Assembly (NCBI GenBank): GCA_001002765.1
Contig: LCMS01000008.1
Location: forward strand, 1-58,028
Origin: Candidatus Uhrbacteria bacterium GW2011_GWE2_46_68
Lineage (GTDB): Bacteria; Patescibacteriota; Patescibacteriia; UBA9934; GWF2-40-263
DNA length: 58,028 bases
Direction: 5' to 3'
This document shows positions 54,141-58,028 of the stretch, piece by piece (within the stretch, counting starts at the first letter, position 1; each line of letters starts with the position of its first letter). The notes beneath the pieces are model-generated. The model saw only the letters and a list, made by a program, of their open reading frames with translations. It was not told where the DNA came from and did no database searches. A program made the translations under genes and the position numbers.

Positions 54141-55406
54141 TTGATTTTTATGTCTCTTTTTCGACCAACTTCAGAATCTTTCCCATCTGCCGCCCCTGCG
54201 GAGGCAGAGGGCCAGCGCACTTCAGCAAATCTCCACGAAGCCGTCATGGATTCGGTTTCAAGCGCCCGCGATTCTTTACCTGAACAATATCGCGCGCATT
54301 TTGAAACTCTACGACAAGAGATTATAAATTTTACCGAGGTTCACGGGATTTCCAGAGAATCTCTTGGCAAGCCTGACCTCCTGCGCGAGGTGACCGGCAA
54401 ACTTTCCATTCCATATCTTGAACGACTCGCTCTCCTTCTCGAACGCTTTGAGTATCTTCTCAAACACAAAGAGCCAAAGGAAATCACAGATCCTTTAGAA
54501 TATGCCGAAGAGTTTTATCATCTTCGCGAGCAATATAATTTTCAAGTAGAACTTCTTGAACAAGTCGGTATTCTCAAAGAAGGATCCATCCTAGGTATAG
54601 ACAGTAACATCTATCCCATCCCCACCTTGGAACAAATCGCCATGCGTCTGTTTGAACACCGCGAAAAACTCTCCATTAAACATGACCAAGGCTTTACTAA
54701 ACTTCTTCTTGTTCCCTTTGGCATGAGCCTTGATTCCCTCCAAGAAACCTTCAAACAATTCCTTTTAGATTATGCAAAAAAACATCCGGATTTTCCTCAA
54801 AATAAAAATTCTTTGCTTGCCGAACATTTTTATGTCGGAGCCGATGCGGGGGGTAACCCGAGACTTGTATATAATCCAGGATCTTTTCCACCAAAGTATC
54901 GTCACTATCAAACAAAAGAGCAGATACTTGACGGCCAATTAGCATTTCTATGTTTTGCTCCTGGTTGGAGAGTACTTCTCCTTCAATCTCCGGCAGATGT
55001 CAAAAAGGATGGTTTTGCTTCTATTCCTTTGGAACATTTGGGAACAACGCGAGGATCGAAAATTTTACGTCCAGATGTTGAGGCCCATAAAACAGCGGAT
55101 GATTATCTTCATCTTCTTTTAAAAAATCAAGATCGTCCCGATTCTCCTTACGAAGGAGAATCAGGTATGACACCGGAAGATTGGATTCTCGCCTATATGA
55201 TTCATCTCAGTGAGACAGGAGAGCCTCTCGACCGTTTTGAAAAAGGTGGAGCCGATAAGTCGATCCTCATAGGGGCGTATTTTTTATTTAAAGATGTTGT
55301 TCCCACTGCTTTTGGAGCAGTATCACCAGAAGTTGCACAATTAGGTTTTCTTGATTACAGATCAAAACACGATTTCACTGGTTCGCGTTTTGTACTTGAG
55401 GTGTAA
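54141..55406 (+). CDS. Paralog 4, with a diverged C-terminal half
   Basis: N-terminal half near-identical to the family; C-terminal half diverged but retains GMTPEDW and GSRF. Confidence 0.8.
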   Translation: MIFMSLFRPTSESFPSAAPAEAEGQRTSANLHEAVMDSVSSARDSLPEQYRAHFETLRQEIINFTEVHGISRESLGKPDLLREVTGKLSIPYLERLALLLERFEYLLKHKEPKEITDPLEYAEEFYHLREQYNFQVELLEQVGILKEGSILGIDSNIYPIPTLEQIAMRLFEHREKLSIKHDQGFTKLLLVPFGMSLDSLQETFKQFLLDYAKKHPDFPQNKNSLLAEHFYVGADAGGNPRLVYNPGSFPPKYRHYQTKEQILDGQLAFLCFAPGWRVLLLQSPADVKKDGFASIPLEHLGTTRGSKILRPDVEAHKTADDYLHLLLKNQDRPDSPYEGESGMTPEDWILAYMIHLSETGEPLDRFEKGGADKSILIGAYFLFKDVVPTAFGAVSPEVAQLGFLDYRSKHDFTGSRFVLEV

Positions 55407-55505
55407 TAGATTTAATTTCGAAAATGGGTCAAGCATTGCTTTTTCTCTTTTTCCGCGCTACACTGGGAACATCTTTTTGCTTTTTTAAGCGAATTTTAAG
55501 CAATT

Positions 55506-56132
55506 ATGATCAGACGCTTCTTTGAAAAGCGCGCCCGCATGCCCCTCGAACAGTTCTTCACTTCCAAACTCGGCCCCACCGTAGGAGCCGTTGTTTTATT
55601 TTTTTTGGAAGTCGCACAGGTCATGATCATCTCTGCTGCCATCATTCTTCCCATTCGTTATTTCCTCGTGCAACCGTTTTATGTCAAAGGCGCTTCTATG
55701 GAGCCTTCTTATTATGATCATGAGTATTTGATCATTGACGAATTGAGCTATCGTCTGCGCGATCCTATGCGAGGGGAAGTGGTGGTATTCCGTTATCCTC
55801 TGGATCCCAGCCAATTTTTTATCAAGCGCATCGTGGGTTTGCCCGGAGAAACGGTAGAGATTAACAATGGTCATGTCACGATTTACAACGAAGAGCATCC
55901 CAATGGGGAAATACTTGAGGAAGAGTATCTCCATCCCAATCTCACGGCAGGTAAGAAGATGGTAACGCTCGGGACGGACGAATACTACGTACTTGGAGAC
56001 AATCGAGATGAGAGTATGGATTCACGTAAGTTCGGCCCCATTACACAAGACGAAGTGATCGGGCGTGTGTGGATTCGTGGGCTTCCAATCTCGCGTATCG
56101 AAGTCATGGACATCCCTGTTTATAAATTTTGA
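55506..56132 (+). CDS. lepB: Signal peptidase I
   Basis: GASMEP, FIKRIVGLPGE and GDNRDESMDSR motifs. Confidence 0.95.
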   Translation: MIRRFFEKRARMPLEQFFTSKLGPTVGAVVLFFLEVAQVMIISAAIILPIRYFLVQPFYVKGASMEPSYYDHEYLIIDELSYRLRDPMRGEVVVFRYPLDPSQFFIKRIVGLPGETVEINNGHVTIYNEEHPNGEILEEEYLHPNLTAGKKMVTLGTDEYYVLGDNRDESMDSRKFGPITQDEVIGRVWIRGLPISRIEVMDIPVYKF

Positions 56133-56136
56133 TCTT

Positions 56137-57603
56137 ATGACACCAAAAAAGACCAACGAAGAAGAGGAGTTAACTTTTGAGGAGGAAATTGAAAAAAAGG
56201 CAGCCGAAGAAAAAGGAAAAGCGAAAGCGGCGGCCGAGGAAGAAGGAAGACGCAGACGATCCCTTCCTACCTTGTTGCGAGGTTTTCGAGATATTTTGCC
56301 TGATGAGCAAGGTAAGTGGAATTTGCTGCGCGATACTATACGACAGGTTGCAGATGCTTATAGTTTTGATCGTATCGAGCTTCCGATTTTGGAAAAAACT
56401 GATTTATTTACACGGACAATCGGGAAACAGTCAGATATTATTCAAAAGGAAATGTACGTGTTTGAAGATCAAGCCGGGGACAAGGTCGCGTTGCGGCCTG
56501 AAGGGACGGCTTCTGTGGCGCGCGCGTATATCAATCATGGCATGTTGAACCTGCCGCAGCCGGTCAAATTGTGGTATCTGGGCCCCATGTTTCGTCATGA
56601 TCGTCCACAAGCTGGACGCTATCGTCAATTTTACCAAGTAGGATTTGAAATGATTGGTAGCAATGAAGCGATTGTAGATGCACAACTTATCGTGCTCGCG
56701 CATCGTATTTTGAAAGACATAGGTATTCCCATAACCGTACAGATCAATTCAATCGGTACTCCCGAGTGCCGAAGAGAATATTTGGTGGAGCTTACCAATT
56801 ACTTCCGTCCATTTCGTAAAAAATTAAACGAGGATGATAAGCGTCGTTTGCAGAAAAATCCTTTGCGCATTTTGGATAGCAAAGACCCGGTAGTACTAGA
56901 GTTATTGACCGGCGCTCCGCAAATTGTGGATTGGTTGGACGAGGTGTCAAAAGCGCATTTTATGAAGGTGCTCGAGTTTTTGGATGAGGCCGAGGTGCCC
57001 TACGCCTTGAATCCTTATTTGGTGCGCGGACTCGATTATTATACACATACAGTATTTGAACTTTGGGAAGATGGAGATGGGGGCGAGCTTGCTCAAAATG
57101 CTTTGGGAGGTGGAGGACGTTATGACGGACTTTTGGAACTTTTAGGAGGACGGCCAACACCGGCTTGCGGATTTGCCATGGGTCTTGAACGTATCGTGCG
57201 TTCTATGGCCGAGAGAAACATCGATCCTCCAGCAAGACCGGCTTCAAAAGTATTTTTTGCGCAATTGGGAGATGCCGCCAGGCGCGTGGGGTTACGGCTT
57301 TTTGAAGAGTTTCGCAAAGCCAAGATACCTGTTGCTGAAGCAACCGGAAAAAATTCTCTTAAGGCCCAGTTGGAAGTCGCCAATAAGTTAGGTGTGTCCT
57401 ACACCCTTATTTTGGGACAAAAAGAGGTTCTGGACGGGACGATTATTATTCGTGATATGGATTCCGGAGCGCAGGAGATTGTGGATATCAAAAAGGTCAC
57501 ATCTATTTTGCAAAGAAAACTTGAGCAATCTGAAGGAGTAAACCCTCTGTCTCACACGCCCGTTGCTGATCAAAAGCAAGGGACGGGTATCACAATCGAA
57601 TAA
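56137..57603 (+). CDS. hisS: Histidine--tRNA ligase
   Basis: RGFRD, LRPEGT, RPQAGRYRQF, LVRGLDYY and GGGRYD motifs. Confidence 0.97.
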   Translation: MTPKKTNEEEELTFEEEIEKKAAEEKGKAKAAAEEEGRRRRSLPTLLRGFRDILPDEQGKWNLLRDTIRQVADAYSFDRIELPILEKTDLFTRTIGKQSDIIQKEMYVFEDQAGDKVALRPEGTASVARAYINHGMLNLPQPVKLWYLGPMFRHDRPQAGRYRQFYQVGFEMIGSNEAIVDAQLIVLAHRILKDIGIPITVQINSIGTPECRREYLVELTNYFRPFRKKLNEDDKRRLQKNPLRILDSKDPVVLELLTGAPQIVDWLDEVSKAHFMKVLEFLDEAEVPYALNPYLVRGLDYYTHTVFELWEDGDGGELAQNALGGGGRYDGLLELLGGRPTPACGFAMGLERIVRSMAERNIDPPARPASKVFFAQLGDAARRVGLRLFEEFRKAKIPVAEATGKNSLKAQLEVANKLGVSYTLILGQKEVLDGTIIIRDMDSGAQEIVDIKKVTSILQRKLEQSEGVNPLSHTPVADQKQGTGITIE

Positions 57604-57657
57604 AATAACAGGGTATCCATAAGATAATTTTTGGAGAACGAGAAACGTAATCAGTTA

Positions 57658-58028
57658 ATGATTTTTATGTCTCTTTTTCGACCAAGTTTTGAATCTTCTC
57701 CATCTGCCGCCTCTGCGGAGGCAGAGGTCCAGCGCACTTCGGAAATTTTTGGCGAAGCCATCATGGATTCTGTTTCAAGCGTCCGTGATTCTTTGCCCGA
57801 ACAACACCGCGCACACTTTGAAACTCTACGACAAGAGATTATTGATTTTACAAAAGCTCATGGGATTCCAAAAGAATCCCTTACCAAACCTGCCGCTCTC
57901 CGCGAGGCGACCAGTAAACTCTCCATTCCAGACCTTGAGCGACTCGCTCTCCTTCTCGAACGCTTTGAATATCTGCTTAAGAATGGGGAACCAAAGAAAG
58001 AAGACTATACCGAAGCCCTCGAGTATGC
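57658..58028 (+). CDS. Paralog 5 (partial, runs off the window)
   Basis: Manual translation MIFMSLFRPSFESSPSAASAEAEVQRTSEIFGEAIMDSVSSVRDSLPEQHRAHFETLRQE... Confidence 0.85.
   Translation, partial: MIFMSLFRPSFESSPSAASAEAEVQRTSEIFGEAIMDSVSSVRDSLPEQHRAHFETLRQEIIDFTKAHGIPKESLTKPAALREATSKLSIPDLERLALLLERFEYLLKNGEPKKEDYTEALEY

Noticed and set aside
1-58028. DGR reverse transcriptase or template repeat
   Set aside because: No ORF with RT motifs, and no AAC-rich copy of the variable tails found by eye in intergenic regions

Overview
This looks like a chromosomal segment of a Patescibacteria (CPR) genome, probably Parcubacteria/ABY1-like; the taxonomy is inferred from gene content. Housekeeping genes are a galE-like epimerase, tsaC, rsmA, serS, parAB, a short RelA/SpoT, topA, dprA, pth, der, an LCP protein, lepB, hisS and four tRNAs. 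Among them are five dispersed paralogs with DGR-target-like variable C-termini but no RT or template in view, a ~9.4 kb frameshifted giant Cys/Asp-rich exported protein gene, and a T4SS-like VirB6/PrgI/VirB4 locus next to comF. There is also a defence island between tRNA-Ser and tRNA-fMet (BglII-like REase, LexA-methyltransferase fusion, HEPN protein), a REP-bracketed accessory block with a membrane Ser/Thr kinase pair, and four families of palindromic or inverted repeats, three of them beside their likely cognate nuclease. The most striking unexplained element is a ~660 nt GC-rich, densely base-paired non-coding unit at about 21749-22415. It has its own sigma70-like promoter and intrinsic terminator and matches no RNA family I recognise, so it is a candidate novel large structured RNA. 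Three short lesions (giant gene, pth, der) suggest local assembly errors. All calls are by eye; no searches or folding were run.
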